Shown here: positions 26,870-38,191 of the stretch, one piece after another
Numbering within the stretch: the first letter of the stretch is position 1
Layout: each line of letters begins with the position of its first letter
NCBI GenBank assembly: GCA_002633005.1
Contig: NMRA01000420.1
Location: 208,318 to 272,317, forward strand
Length of the DNA: 64,000 nt
Origin: Phoronis australis
Taxonomy: Eukaryota > Animalia > Phoronida
Reading direction: 5' to 3'
Program-made: the position numbers and the translations under genes
Notes under the pieces: generated by a model
Told to the model about the DNA's origin: nothing
Databases searched by the model: none
What the model saw: only the letters and a program-made list of their open reading frames with translations

Positions 26870-27013
26870 GTACCTATGGTTTTTGCAGCTCACTGACCCA
26901 TGACGAAAACTCATTGTCGGAGCACGTTTCCCATAATGCATCATTAGCGCGCCATATTTGTTGTGGTGTAAACCAATGAGCAGCAGTGCAAGCCAAAGGC
27001 AAGGGGATTTAGA
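26870..27013. promoter_or_regulatory. Putative bidirectional promoter with a STAF/ZNF143-type site
   Basis: TTCCCATAATGCA at 26928-26940 and CCAAT at 26973, between divergent ATGs 296 bp apart. Confidence 0.55.
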
Positions 27014-27107
27014 ATGACTTCGTTTCTTGACCAGTGTGAAGAACTGTTTGGAACCAGAGAATTGTACGGAATTCTGGGAATACATAAGAAGGCCACAAAC
27101 AATGAAG
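27014..27107 (+). CDS. DNAJC9: DnaJ homolog subfamily C member 9, exon 1
   Basis: MTSFLDQCEELFGTRELYGILGIHKKATNNE resembles the DNAJC9 N-terminus; phase-1 donor G|GTGTGT. Confidence 0.88.
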
Positions 27108-27965
27108 GTGTGTATTAAATTACTACAAGTCACGTCTGAAATCTCCTAGGGGTAGCCTACGGAGATCACCGTGACGGGCTAGCCAGCTAGTATCGTCAAA
27201 ATATATTTAGTATGTAGCTTTGTACCAAGGCTTATCACAGGCGTCCCCAGCTTCTGATTGTCCCAATACACTATTTTTACAACTACAAGCTGGGATCTGT
27301 TGTGTTGTGTATTTTCAATAAAATACAAGAGACTAGTAGCCATACCTCAGCCATAATATTGGGTGAACACTCACTAGAGGTCATTTATTGGGTGAACACT
27401 CAGTAGAGAGAGAGAGGGAGGGAGCGAGGGAGGGAGGGAGAGAGCATAGTGTGCAGCGCCCTCCTACATCACATATATGAACTACTAAACTACATACATA
27501 TGAAGTGATATCCTATATAATAACAGGGTCAATATACATGTATATTACTGCCAGACTACAAGATATGGGCACTAGTCGGATATAATGGACCCTAACTTAT
27601 TCCAAATAAATCCACTAAATGTTGGTCTAAATGAATGATTTTGGTATCGTTGCATTCCTCAGACATCTGGCTATTCGTACGAATCATTTTCACAACCCTC
27701 AATTACTCTAGTCTATAGCTACGCTGTTCCGAACTCGGTCCACTTTAGCCACGCGCATCGTGAAATCGGCAGCCATTTCAGGGAACTTACTGTATCTAGC
27801 GACATCTATCGGCGATTTGCTACAACATGCGCTATTCCGTTTTCATGAGTCAACGTCATTGGTCGATTTCGTCAATATTATTAACGTCAGTCATTATTAA
27901 TCATCTGCTCTCGTCATCACCTTCGTCGTCTCTCTCACGATCGTATCTGCCATCGTCATGTTATN

Positions 27966-28468
27966 AGGAATTCTACTGGTGCTTCACTTCAGCCGTCCAC
28001 ATCACACAAAACTCAATAAATTTATGCAAAACAGGGGTTCTGCAAACTGTTCTTTCTTGTGATAGCATTTACGGTGTCCTGCTCCATAAAGTTTGCATCA
28101 AATTCGTGGTTGAAGCACAAAATTCTTCCCAAAAAGCCGCTGCGTACTGTCAATTTGCTGGTACGGATGGACGGCAATTGCGGGTTCATCACAGAAGGTT
28201 ACGAATAAGTGTGGAGTTATTGTTTTCGTAACCTCCCGTGACAAATTGGTAATTTCCGTTTGGCACATTGACAGTACGCAGTGGCTTTTTGGAAAGATTT
28301 TTTGTGCTTTGCCCAAGAATTTGTTGCGAACTTGCTGGAGCAGGACACCGTAAATGCTATCAGAAGAAAGAACAATTGCTCATGGTTTGTTGAACCCCTG
28401 TCTTGTGTAAATTTATTAAGCTTTGTGTTTGATATGGACAGCTGAAGTGAAGCGCCTGTGGATTTCCT
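27966..28468. mobile_element. ~500-bp foldback (palindromic MITE) in DNAJC9 intron 1
   Basis: Arms pair imperfectly from AGGAATTC/GATTTCCT inwards to AGGTTACGAA/TTCGTAACCT around ~28215. Confidence 0.7.
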
Positions 28469-28517
28469 TGTCCCGAGTGTCATACCTTGTAACTGTATTT
28501 CGGGAGCAAGTTTTCAG

Positions 28518-29447
28518 ATAGAATTGATTGAACATACGACACTTTTCATTGTTGACATTGGTGAATAATGGGTACACCAATGCTTTTGTAGACTTCCATG
28601 TTAAGCGATTCATGTCCAGAATTAGCTATGAACTCCCTGCATGTCGCACCGGTGTGTCCAAAAAGATGTTTTACAGAAATGTCATATCCAATAATTACCT
28701 CCAGGACGAACACGCCATTAAGAAAATTATTAAGGATAATTTTAAAGTTTGTAAGCCTGATGATTACCTCGATGTTTAATTATTATTTATTATCAGAATA
28801 GGAAGTCCTCCAACTTGGTCTTGAAAAATAACATTTCTAAAGCGAAAGTCCGCCCCGTTGCCCAGTGTAGTGTTGTTTGAGTTAACTTTGTATGCCCTGT
28901 GCATGAATGTCTTCGTTCAAATGTCAAGCAATGTTACATTGGTCAAACGGTCTGCAGTCTTTCCTGTCAGTTATCTATGTGCCATTCAAGATCATTTTCT
29001 GCAATGTCATGAACGTAAAATCACCCGTCAAGAAATCATGGAAAACACGTCAATTCGGTAAGTAGAGCACGATGTACTGCGATTGAAAGTATTAGAGTCC
29101 CTTTTGATTGCATTTGAGAAGCTTGTTTTGAATGAGCAGCAAACAGGGTCGCACTGCAAGTTACACTTGTTTGCGTGACTTTCTTGTTATAACCTCTCTT
29201 CAGTAGTCATTCTTTGCAGTATTTCACACTCACTGTGTCCCACTGTGTATGTCTCCAGCTTATGCTCTGTGGTGGCATTACTGCGTCATTTTATACTCAC
29301 TTGAGAATGAAACAAGCATGTTTCGAAATATCTTGTGCCTTTTAATTACGTCGCTAGGTCACTTACTTCATCTATGTTCCGTTGAGAGTAGAGTTTTGTT
29401 CCAAAGACATGAAGGAACCGGAGTGTTGTGTGTTCAATCAATTCTAT
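28518..29447 (+). mobile_element. 5'-truncated Penelope-like retroelement, copy A (degenerate)
   Basis: LVNNGY linker and frameshifted GIY-YIG remnants matching 57302; the first bases are an inverted copy of its own 3' end. Confidence 0.8.
29298..29337 (+). ncRNA. Minimal hammerhead ribozyme motif (U3-A8 variant) with a 2-nt insertion
   Basis: CAC-TTGAGAA-T-GAAAC-AAGCAT-GTTTC-GAA-ATAT-CTT-GTG in the Penelope 3' region. Confidence 0.45.
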
Positions 29448-29969
29448 ATAGTGTATTGGGGACGATCAGAAGCTGAGGACGCCTGTGCTCAGGACTAGTT
29501 CGTTGATGTAGGACAAATTCCTTCCAACTTGAAGAAATACTCCCATTAACAAACTTTTTCTTCGAGCAGCCCCTCGTTCAGTTCCCAAAATCGGTAACTG
29601 ACCATTTTTACACTGAGCACACCAGGGGACATGACGTCATATCACCTGCCGCAGTAAATGTGACTTAAATTACTCCTAGGTTTGACATGCTTTGAGTTAT
29701 TCCGGAAAGGCCTGGCAGGCGGCCATATTGAATAGCAACCTTTATCTTTATTAATATATCGTTGAGGGCTGATTAAAGGTGCTTGTGGTGGTAGGCCCGT
29801 CAGGCCTATAGTGAACGTGGCCTGCAAGCAGGTTGTTGAAGAGTTAGACTTACCGTACTTAGAGCTGCACGTAGGTAACACAGAACAACTGGACTCGGGC
29901 CAGGACACTATAAGATAACCTTAAATGAAAGTCAATTTTTTGCCATTATCTCTAGTTTATTGTTTTCAG

Positions 29970-30122
29970 TTAAGAAAGGATACCACAAGATGTCACTGAA
30001 AGTTCACCCTGACAGGGTATTGGAGACTGAGAAGGACATTGCTACACGGAAGTTTCAGCTTATGAGTAAAGTGTATGTCATACTGTCGGATAGAGACAAG
30101 AGAGGATTGTATGATGAGACAG
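29970..30122 (+). CDS. DNAJC9: DNAJC9 exon 2 (J-domain HPD), copy A
   Basis: Acceptor TTGTTTTCAG; [52 protein letters not shown]; donor CAG|GTGAGT. Confidence 0.85.
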
Positions 30123-30469
30123 GTGAGTGACTCGATAAAAGGGAGTGATATGATGAGACAGGTGGATGACTCGACAAGATGGGACGGTATGATGAGACGG
30201 GGTGACTCGACAAGAGCGGGCTGTGTGTTGAGACAGGTGAGTAACTCGACAAGAGAAGGCAGTATGATGAGACAGGTGGATGACTCGACAAGGAGGGGGT
30301 TTATGATGAGACAGGTGGGTGACTTGACAAGAGGGGGCAGTATGATGAGACAGGTGGGTGACTCAACAAGAGGGGGCTGTGTGATGAGACAGGTGGGTGA
30401 CTTGCCGTGTATATCATACTGTCAGATACAGACAAGAGGGGGCTGTATGATGAGACAGGTAGGTGACTC
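30095..30469 (+). repeat. ~39-bp tandem array of the DNAJC9 exon-2 end plus splice donor (second copy at 32420-32795)
   Basis: Nine units of approximately GACAAGAGGGGGCTGTATGATGAGACAG|GTGGGTGACTC. Confidence 0.9.
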
Positions 30470-30812
30470 GCTCAATTGCACCGTGTTGCTGTTGCGTGAA
30501 CATTTCAGTGAAAGCGTTCAGTGAAGACTGCAGCGTTGGTGTTCTGTGAATTTTAAAGTGAACAGGGCATAGATGGCATTGTTCACTGAACAATACATTT
30601 ATGCGTGTAATACAACTGCGAGAATNGGACACCATAAATGCTATCAGAAGAAAGAACAATTGCTCATGGTTTGTTGAACCCCTGTCTTGTGTAAATTTAT
30701 TAAGCTTTATGTGTTTGATATGGACAGCTGAAGTGAAGCACCCGTGGAATTCCTTGTCCCGAGTGTCATACCTTGTAACTGTAATTCGGAAGATTGAAAT
30801 TTTCGGATATAC

Positions 30813-31770
30813 AGAATTGATTGAACACACGACATTTTTCATTGTTGACATTGGTGAATAATGGGTACACCAATGCTTTTGTAGACTTCCATGTTAAGCA
30901 ATTCATGTCCAGAATTAGCTATGAACTCCCTGCATGTCAGACCGGTGTGACCAAAAAGATGTTTTACAGAAATGTCATGTCCAATAATTACCTCCAGGAC
31001 GAACACGCCGTTAAGAAAATTATTAGGGATAATTTTAAGGTTTGTAAGCCTGATGATTACCTAGATGTTTAATTATTATTTATTATCAGAATAAGAAGTC
31101 CTTCAACTTGGTCTTGAAAAATAACATTTCTAAAGCGAAAGTCCGCCCCGTTGCCCAGTGTAGTGTTGTTTGAGTTTGTATGCCTTGTGAATGAATGTCT
31201 TCGTTCAAATGTCAAACAATGTTACATTGGTCGAACGGTCTGCAGTCTTTCCTGTCAGTTATCTATGTATCTTCAAAATGGCGCCATCCAAGATCATTTT
31301 CTGCAATGTCACGAACGTAAAATCACCCGTCAAGAAATCGTGGAAAACACGTCAATTCAGTACGTAGAGCACGATGTACTGCGATTGAAAGTATTAGCGT
31401 CCCTTTTGATTGCATTTGAGAAGCTTGTTTTGAATGAGCAGCAAACAGGGTCGCACTGCAAGTTACACTTGTTTGCGTGAATTTCCTGTTATAACCTCTC
31501 TTCATTAGTCATTCTTTGCAGTATTTCACACTCGCTGTGTCCCACTGTGTATGTCTCCAGCTTATGCTCTGTGGTGGCATTACTGCGTCATTTTATACTC
31601 ACTTGAGAATGAAACAAGCATGTTTCGAAATATTGTGTACCTTTTAATTATGTCGCTAGGTCAGTTACTTCATCTATGTTCCATTGAGAGTAGAGTTTTA
31701 TTCCGAAGACATGAAGGAACCGGAATAAAGACTGTCAACAATTAAAAGTGTCGTGTGTTCAATCAATTCT
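30813..31770 (+). mobile_element. 5'-truncated Penelope-like retroelement, copy B
   Basis: GIY-YIG remnant (ORF 31151-31480, QCYIGRT...IQDHFLQCH); 30813-30850 is the reverse complement of 31733-31770. Confidence 0.8.
31600..31637 (+). ncRNA. Minimal type I hammerhead ribozyme motif (U3-A8 core variant)
   Basis: Stem I CAC/GTG, core TTGAGAA, stem II GAAAC/GTTTC, GAA, palindromic ATAT stem III; located downstream of the Penelope ORF, where such motifs are expected. Confidence 0.55.
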
Positions 31771-32294
31771 ATATAGTGTATTGGGGACGATCAGAAGCTG
31801 AGGACGCCTGTGCTCAGGACTAGTTCGTTGATGTAGGCCAAATTCCTTCCAACTTGAAGAAATACTCCTATTAACAAACTTTTTATTCGAGCAGCCCCTC
31901 GTTCAGTTCCCAAAATCGGTAACTGGCCATTTTAACACTGCGCACACCAGGGGACATGACGTCATATCACCTGCCGCAGTTAATGTGACTTAAATTACTC
32001 CTAGGTTTGACATGCTTTGAGTTATTCCAGAAGGGCCTGGCAGGCGGCCATATTGGATAGCAACCTTTCTCTTTATTAATATATCGTTGAGGGCTGATTA
32101 AAGGTGCTTGTGGTGGTAGACCCGTCAGGCCTATAATGAACGTGGCCTGCAAGCAGGTTGTTGAAGAGTTAGACTTACCGTACTTAGAGCCGCACGTAGG
32201 TAACACAGAACAACTGGACTCGGGCCAGGACACTATAAGATAACCTTAAATGAAAGTCAACTTTTTGCCATTATCTCTAGTTTATTGTTTTCAG

Positions 32295-32447
32295 TTAAGA
32301 AAGGATACCACAAGATGTCACTGAAAGTTCACCCTGACAGGGTATTGGAGACTGAGAAGGACATTGCTACACGGAAGTTTCAGCTTATGAGTAAAGTGTA
32401 TGTCATACTGTCGGATAGAGACAAGAGAGGATTGTATGATGAGACAG
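32295..32447 (+). CDS. DNAJC9: DNAJC9 exon 2, copy B
   Basis: Same sequence as copy A, within the duplicated block 28343-30625 / 30627-32951 joined by N at 30626. Confidence 0.85.
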
Positions 32448-33278
32448 GTGAGTGACTCGATAAAAGGGAGTGATATGATGAGACAGGTGGATGACTCGAC
32501 AAGATGGGACGGTATGATGAGACGGGGTGACTCGACAAGAGCGGGCTGTGTGTTGAGACAGGTGAGTAACTCGACAAGAGAAGGCAGTATGATGAGACAG
32601 GTGGATGACTCGACAAGGAGGGGGTTTATGATGAGACAGGTGGGTGACTTGACAAGAGGGGGCAGTATGATGAGACAGGTGGGTGACTCAACAAGTGGGG
32701 GCTGTGTGATGAGACAGGTGGGTGACTTGCCGTGTATGTCATACTGTCAGATACAGACAAGAGGGGGGCTGTATGATGAGACAGGTAGGTGACTCGCTCA
32801 ATTGCACCGTGTAGGTGTTGCGTGAACATTTCAGTGAAAGTGTTCAGTGAAGACTGCAGCATTGGTGTTCTGTGAATTTTAACGTGAACAGGGCATAGAT
32901 GGCATTGTTCACTGAACAATACATTTATGCGTGTAATACAACTGCGAGAATTTCTAGCTCTCAGAGAGACGGAACAACGGGGTGTGTCATCTTTTAACCT
33001 AAACACATACCATGTACATCTAATCATTCAGTGGTGGATAATAAATAACCGTACATGTGATCACCTCTTGGTTGTTTCAGATATGAGTGCAATGCTAGAT
33101 GGAGTTCCCAATTTTACCATATGTCCATGTATCTCATTTTTAGTCATATTGCTTTGCACAACTAGTGTCATTTGTGTATTGGTATTTACGGTCAACATCT
33201 TAATGAAAGGGAATCAAAACGGTTTTACAGCAAGTTTTGTCTGTCCCCTTCTCGTATAATGTGTCCTGTGTTTGGCAG

Positions 33279-33395
33279 GTGAAGTTGACGATGAGAATGA
33301 CGTGCCTCAAGACAGGGACTGGTATGATTACTGGAGATTGTTGTTTGCCAAGGTCTCTATTGACGACATCGACAAGTACGAGAAACAGTATAAAG
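33279..33395 (+). CDS. DNAJC9: DNAJC9 exon 3
   Basis: GEVDDENDVPQDRDWYDYWRLLFAKVSIDDIDKYEKQYK; AG/GT boundaries, phase 1-1. Confidence 0.92.
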
Positions 33396-35652
33396 GTGAG
33401 AGGTCCCTATTGGCTCCTGCTCCTATTGCAAAACCTGGAAAATGGTGAAAATGATTTTCATGCCTGGAGAACTTATAGAAGAGTAAAGGGTCATGAAAAT
33501 GAACAACTCCTCTCTTTGTCATACTGCGAGTTAGTGTACTCAATATCCAAACAACTCTGTGGGATGACTAGCTTATGGAAAATAAAAAAATTATGTCAGG
33601 GCCGTCAGCAGGCCAAAATATTCTCTTCTGATGATCAAAAATTCATCTTCACTGTTAGAATTAGTTTCAACCCACACAGAATTGGTGTTTACCAGGCTGG
33701 GAATGGAGTTCTTGGTGACAGGGTATGGGCATCATTCCCCTTATTTGAGCAGGGGCCTGTTGCAGTGGCTACAAACAGTTTGTTACTACAAGTTCCTCCT
33801 TAGTTCTCCGTCAAGTAGAGGCAGATTTAAGCCATACATAGCACCATCTTTAATAACATCTGTTTGGTGAAGAAAATCATTTTAGAACTTTACATATTGC
33901 AACTTAGTATTCCTAGTTTTATGCTATTGCAGTTTGGACTGACTGGAATTCCAGAATTAATCGAGTTCTCAACTGAATTCAATTCTTTATTGTGCTACCA
34001 CTCCATCACTTGTAATAAACTGACCCATATCCTGCCTCACATCGAGGCTGTGTGGCATATATTGACTCTACTTTGTGGGGATGTCAAATTTTCAGTTATA
34101 AAATGCTCTAATGCCATGTATCAGCATGAATTGAAACTCATTCTAGCTGCAATGGCTGGACTATAATTCGTGATCATTGAAGTACAAAGTTTGGACCTGG
34201 TGAGGGAAATTTGGTGTGATTTTATGCGTTGCAGATGTTTCGATTTGAGATATCAAGAACCCTGGTGGATTGGAAGGCGCAATTTACACCTGACACCCAT
34301 GTTTCAGATATTATTTCTCTTGTTACTAAGTGCTTGGAACTTCTTTTGGCAAGATTATTTTAAGCTTTCAATTATTTCGGGAGTTTATGTAGACATCGCT
34401 TCACTGTTTGTCACTTAGGATCTTAGCAGAGGCTTCAATGCTGCGATTTTTGAGCCGAATGTCTGCCCATTCCCTTCTGAAAAATATTTAAAAATCATGT
34501 AAAATTACCCTTTATCAGGTCCACAAACTCTCCTCCATCGTTTAAAAATCTCATCAAGACTATAATCACTTTAACTCACTCAGACCCTCGACTTCAGAAA
34601 GTTTGGCTGCGAAGATCCTTGCCTCTTAGGCGTACAATTGTAGTGTATACAGCCTCAATGTGGAGAACAGAATTTGGAGTATTATATCACAAGTGCAGAA
34701 ATGATCACATAGTATTGAGTAATTAAAAGGAAAATCATTCTTGGAAGTTCCGAGTGCACTACTGGAAACCCTTATGTCTAGACCTATCCATTTACGAGAA
34801 AAACACGTTTCTGTGGTATTAAGCATTGATTTGAAACGAGCACAAAACATTACTTTTGGCTGCTTGAGGTTGGGCCAGTGAAAAGTGGTAGCAGGAGGTG
34901 GAATTGGTGGTGATGGGGTGGGACTTTGGGAAAATTTTCCCCTCACCCAAAAATTCCCATCTCAGAAGGCACAGGTACCTTTCCCCTCAATGAGGATTCC
35001 GCTTAGATATTTTACAGAAAAATAATTGTTTCAGGTGTTTCGTGGCTGATCAGTTTGGTACAGAAATAGTAAATCCCAATTATTATTTTATGACCACTAC
35101 ACAGAAAAACATTTGTTATTAATAAAGTTTAGTATTTTGTCAGTGGTATTTTTTCATTGTTTTTGAAAAACTTGAAGCAAAATTGTATATTTCTGCCACA
35201 CTGAATATGCTGAATAGATGACAAATTACTGTACATTTGCTTAAAAATTAGTCGCAACAGATTCCAACTTGAAACTTTTGAAAGAGGGAGCTCTTCATCT
35301 TTGAATCCCTTAGTAGTAAGTAAATTGAGAGCCAAAGGCGCAAATGTGAGAGAATGGTGGGGTTTGGAGGCGTGCCCCCAGAAAAAAAACTGGAACATGT
35401 TCAGTTACCCCATCTATAGGGTTTATCGTAAACTACTAAAGCAGTCAGACTGTTTTTTCCGAGAATGCGGAAACCAGCATATCACATACAGCAAAAAATA
35501 GGATCGAAAGTCATATGTTATTAATATTTGTGACCAACAATTCAGGGCAAGACTTCTGATCAGTTCGGCGAGAAATCATGAAGCTTTCATGAATTCTCAT
35601 TAAAGCGGGAGATTTGAAGCCTCTGTTATAAAGACGTTTTTCTTTCTTGTAG

Positions 35653-35864
35653 GTTCTGATGAAGAACTTGCAGACTTGCAAGCTGCTTATCTAGAATGCA
35701 GAGGAGACATGGACGCTATAATTGAGTCAGTCTTATGTGCCACTGTTAATGATGAGACTCGCTTTAGGAAGATTCTGACCAAGCTGATTAAGTCTCAAGA
35801 ACTGCCTGATTACCCCGAGTTTAGCAAAGAAACCACGACAAAGAAAAAGGCTAGACGGAAGAAA
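35653..35864 (+). CDS. DNAJC9: DNAJC9 exon 4
   Basis: GSDEELADLQAAYLECRGDMDAIIESVLC...KKKARRKK; acceptor TTTCTTGTAG, donor GTGAGT. Confidence 0.92.
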
Positions 35865-36491
35865 GTGAGTTGAAGCCCAAGAACAAGATGGGATGAAATA
35901 GATACGATTGTGTATGCATCAAAAAGAATCTAGCAAAAATCTGTTTCCCCTGTCATTATGATTAACATCGCTTGCAGATCGACTGAAATGCATTCCTTAC
36001 TTTCAAGTGAATGTGTTTTCGTTCCTGCTTATTGGGTATATTGTTATTTTCTTTTGTCGACGTATTCTGATGTCTGGCAAATGGGTTTCTATTAAGGAGA
36101 CGACGTTGATTTTTGGACAGGTCCAACTACTGCGGTGCCCCCTAGTGACATTTTTTACATCCTCAGTCATACATCCTAAACCCCTAGCAAGATCTTTTGA
36201 GAAATATGACAAGTGTATTCTTATGAACTTGGCAACAGATGACAAACTTCCTTCAGATGGATCCGACTAATGTTGTGCCTGGTGGTGACAATGATGTTTT
36301 TTTTACATTTGCCTCTGTATATGTAGAGTTCCTGGGTGGATTTTCATGAAATTTGGCAGATATGTTTTATAAAGGAGTTGACCAGGTCTTCCCATTTTCG
36401 GATGGGCTTGTCATATTCTGCAACACCAAGTGGGTGCATTTCTGCTTTCCATTGCTCTTGTGATGTAAGGTAACGTTAAGACGAGGTTTTA

Positions 36492-36602
36492 TGATTGGGG
36501 AACTTGAGGAGTTATGATTGGGAAACTTGGAGTGTTTTGATTGGGGAACTTGACGTGTTAGGATTGGGGAACTTGAGGCGTTGTGATTGGGAACTTGAGG
36601 TT
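36492..36602. repeat. Short ~22-bp minisatellite
   Basis: About five GATTGGGGAACTTGAGG-like units. Confidence 0.7.
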
Positions 36603-36929
36603 ATTTTCTATGAAATCAATACTTTTGGCATGAACAACAACACTGTACCCAAGTTAGACATCAGGAAGAATTTTGTTGATTAAGGGAGTATATATTGATC
36701 TTACCTAAAATCCTGTTTGGGTCACAAACGGGACGAAACCACAAGATATTGCCATGTTTGAATATGGATGTTTTAAATTTGAAGTGACAGAGGAAGTAAA
36801 CTAGTGCCAAGTTTACATTTTATTAGAAGTGCAGATTTTGGGCAGAAATGTCTATTATTTCTCTGTGAAAGTACACACACACATTAAATAAGTGTTTTAA
36901 GGCTTGTACGTGTTTGGCCTGCTGGTGAC

Positions 36930-37310
36930 ATCCGACCACTGTTACATGCCACCGACCCCTGTTTCATGCAACCTTCCACTGTTTCATGCCACCGACCCGT
37001 TTCATGCCACCGACCCCTGTTTCATGCAGCCAACCCCTGTTTCATGCAGCCAACCACTGTTTCATGCAACCAACCACTTTTTCATGCAACCAACCACTGT
37101 TCCTTGCAACCAATCACTGTTTTTATGCAACCAACCACTGTTTCATACCACCGACCACTGTTTCATGCAACCAACCACTGTTTCATGCCACCGAGCAGTT
37201 TCAGGCAACCGATCTCTGTTTCGTGCCACCGACCAGTTTCATGCTACCGACCCCTGTTTCATGCAACTGACCTCTGTTTCATGTAACTGACCTCTGTTTC
37301 ATGCATCCAA
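36930..37310. repeat. ~20-bp minisatellite next to the exon 5 acceptor
   Basis: Repeated CCACTGTTTCATGCAACCAA / CCCCTGTTTCATGCCACCGA units. Confidence 0.9.
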
Positions 37311-37324
37311 TTGCTGTTTTCTAG

Positions 37325-37555
37325 GCTGATGCTGAAGCTGCCGAGGCAGAGGAAGCAGCTAAAGAGCTGGGCATGATTGGAGGTCAAGGGTCACTAGAGG
37401 CATTGATTCTTAGGAACCAACAGTCAAGGAAGGCAGAGTTCGGTAATATCATTGCTAGTCTGGAAGCTAAGTATAGTCAGGAAGATGGGAGTTCGTCGCG
37501 ATCTGGCAAGGCACGAACAGGAAAGAGCAGGACTGGGAAAGGAAAGAAAAAGTAA
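37325..37555 (+). CDS. DNAJC9: DNAJC9 exon 5 (C-terminus)
   Basis: ADAEAAEAEEAAKELG...SLEALILRNQQSRK...IASLEAKY...KGKKK*; phase-0 acceptor; AATAAA near 37702. The spliced CDS is 807 nt (268 aa). Confidence 0.92.
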   Translation, partial: ADAEAAEAEEAAKELGMIGGQGSLEALILRNQQSRKAEFGNIIASLEAKYSQEDGSSSRSGKARTGKSRTGKGKKK

Positions 37556-38191
37556 ACCCGAAGTTTGATAATCGTGTTGCTAAGCAACAGAACTGTGTAA
37601 ATAGATTGATTGGTGCCTGTACAGTATATAGCCTTGTCTTTGGTCAGCACTGTTTTGAGATATACCTCCAGCTGAGATATGAATCTGCGCTTATTTATGT
37701 AAATAAATAATTGAATATTGAATCGCGTTGATTGGTGAGATAAATGAATATGAAGAAATAACCCAATGATCATCTAAATACTGCAGAAGTGCAATTGCTG
37801 ACCATGAAAACAACTCATTTTCAACCTAACAATTACAGCTGACTTTGGCTATATCGCTCATTGGAGGAAATCTTGCACAATGAATATTCTTAAAAGACTA
37901 AGGTAGAGAACAACCAATTTCTTTATTTTTAAGCATCGCTCCACATGAAAATTTGTCAACTAACCCACTGTAACTGGTCTTATAAATACCAACCAACACC
38001 TTCCCTATTCAATATATTCCCTTTGCCTTGTTTTCAGATACGAAATTGTTTATTTCATGTTTTGGTATTCCTCAGCATTGTATGTTGATTTTGTCTGATT
38101 GGTCATGATTGCATGAGCACCTACTTAGAACTAATGTGTAGCGCTCATGATGGTGTCCTATCCCTTGAAATTTCTAAAAATGAAATGCTCT

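Noticed and set aside
29440-29476. LYSVLG resembling J-domain helix I as DNAJC9 exon 1
   Set aside because: It overlaps the Penelope end and runs into a stop; a much better exon 1 exists at 27014-27107.
30055-30524. Repetitive ORFs (MMRQVGDSTR...) and a CRISPR-like appearance
   Set aside because: Contiguous tandem units with no unique spacers and no cas genes; the ORFs are alternative frames of the donor array. The same applies to 36904-37290 and 50811-51331.
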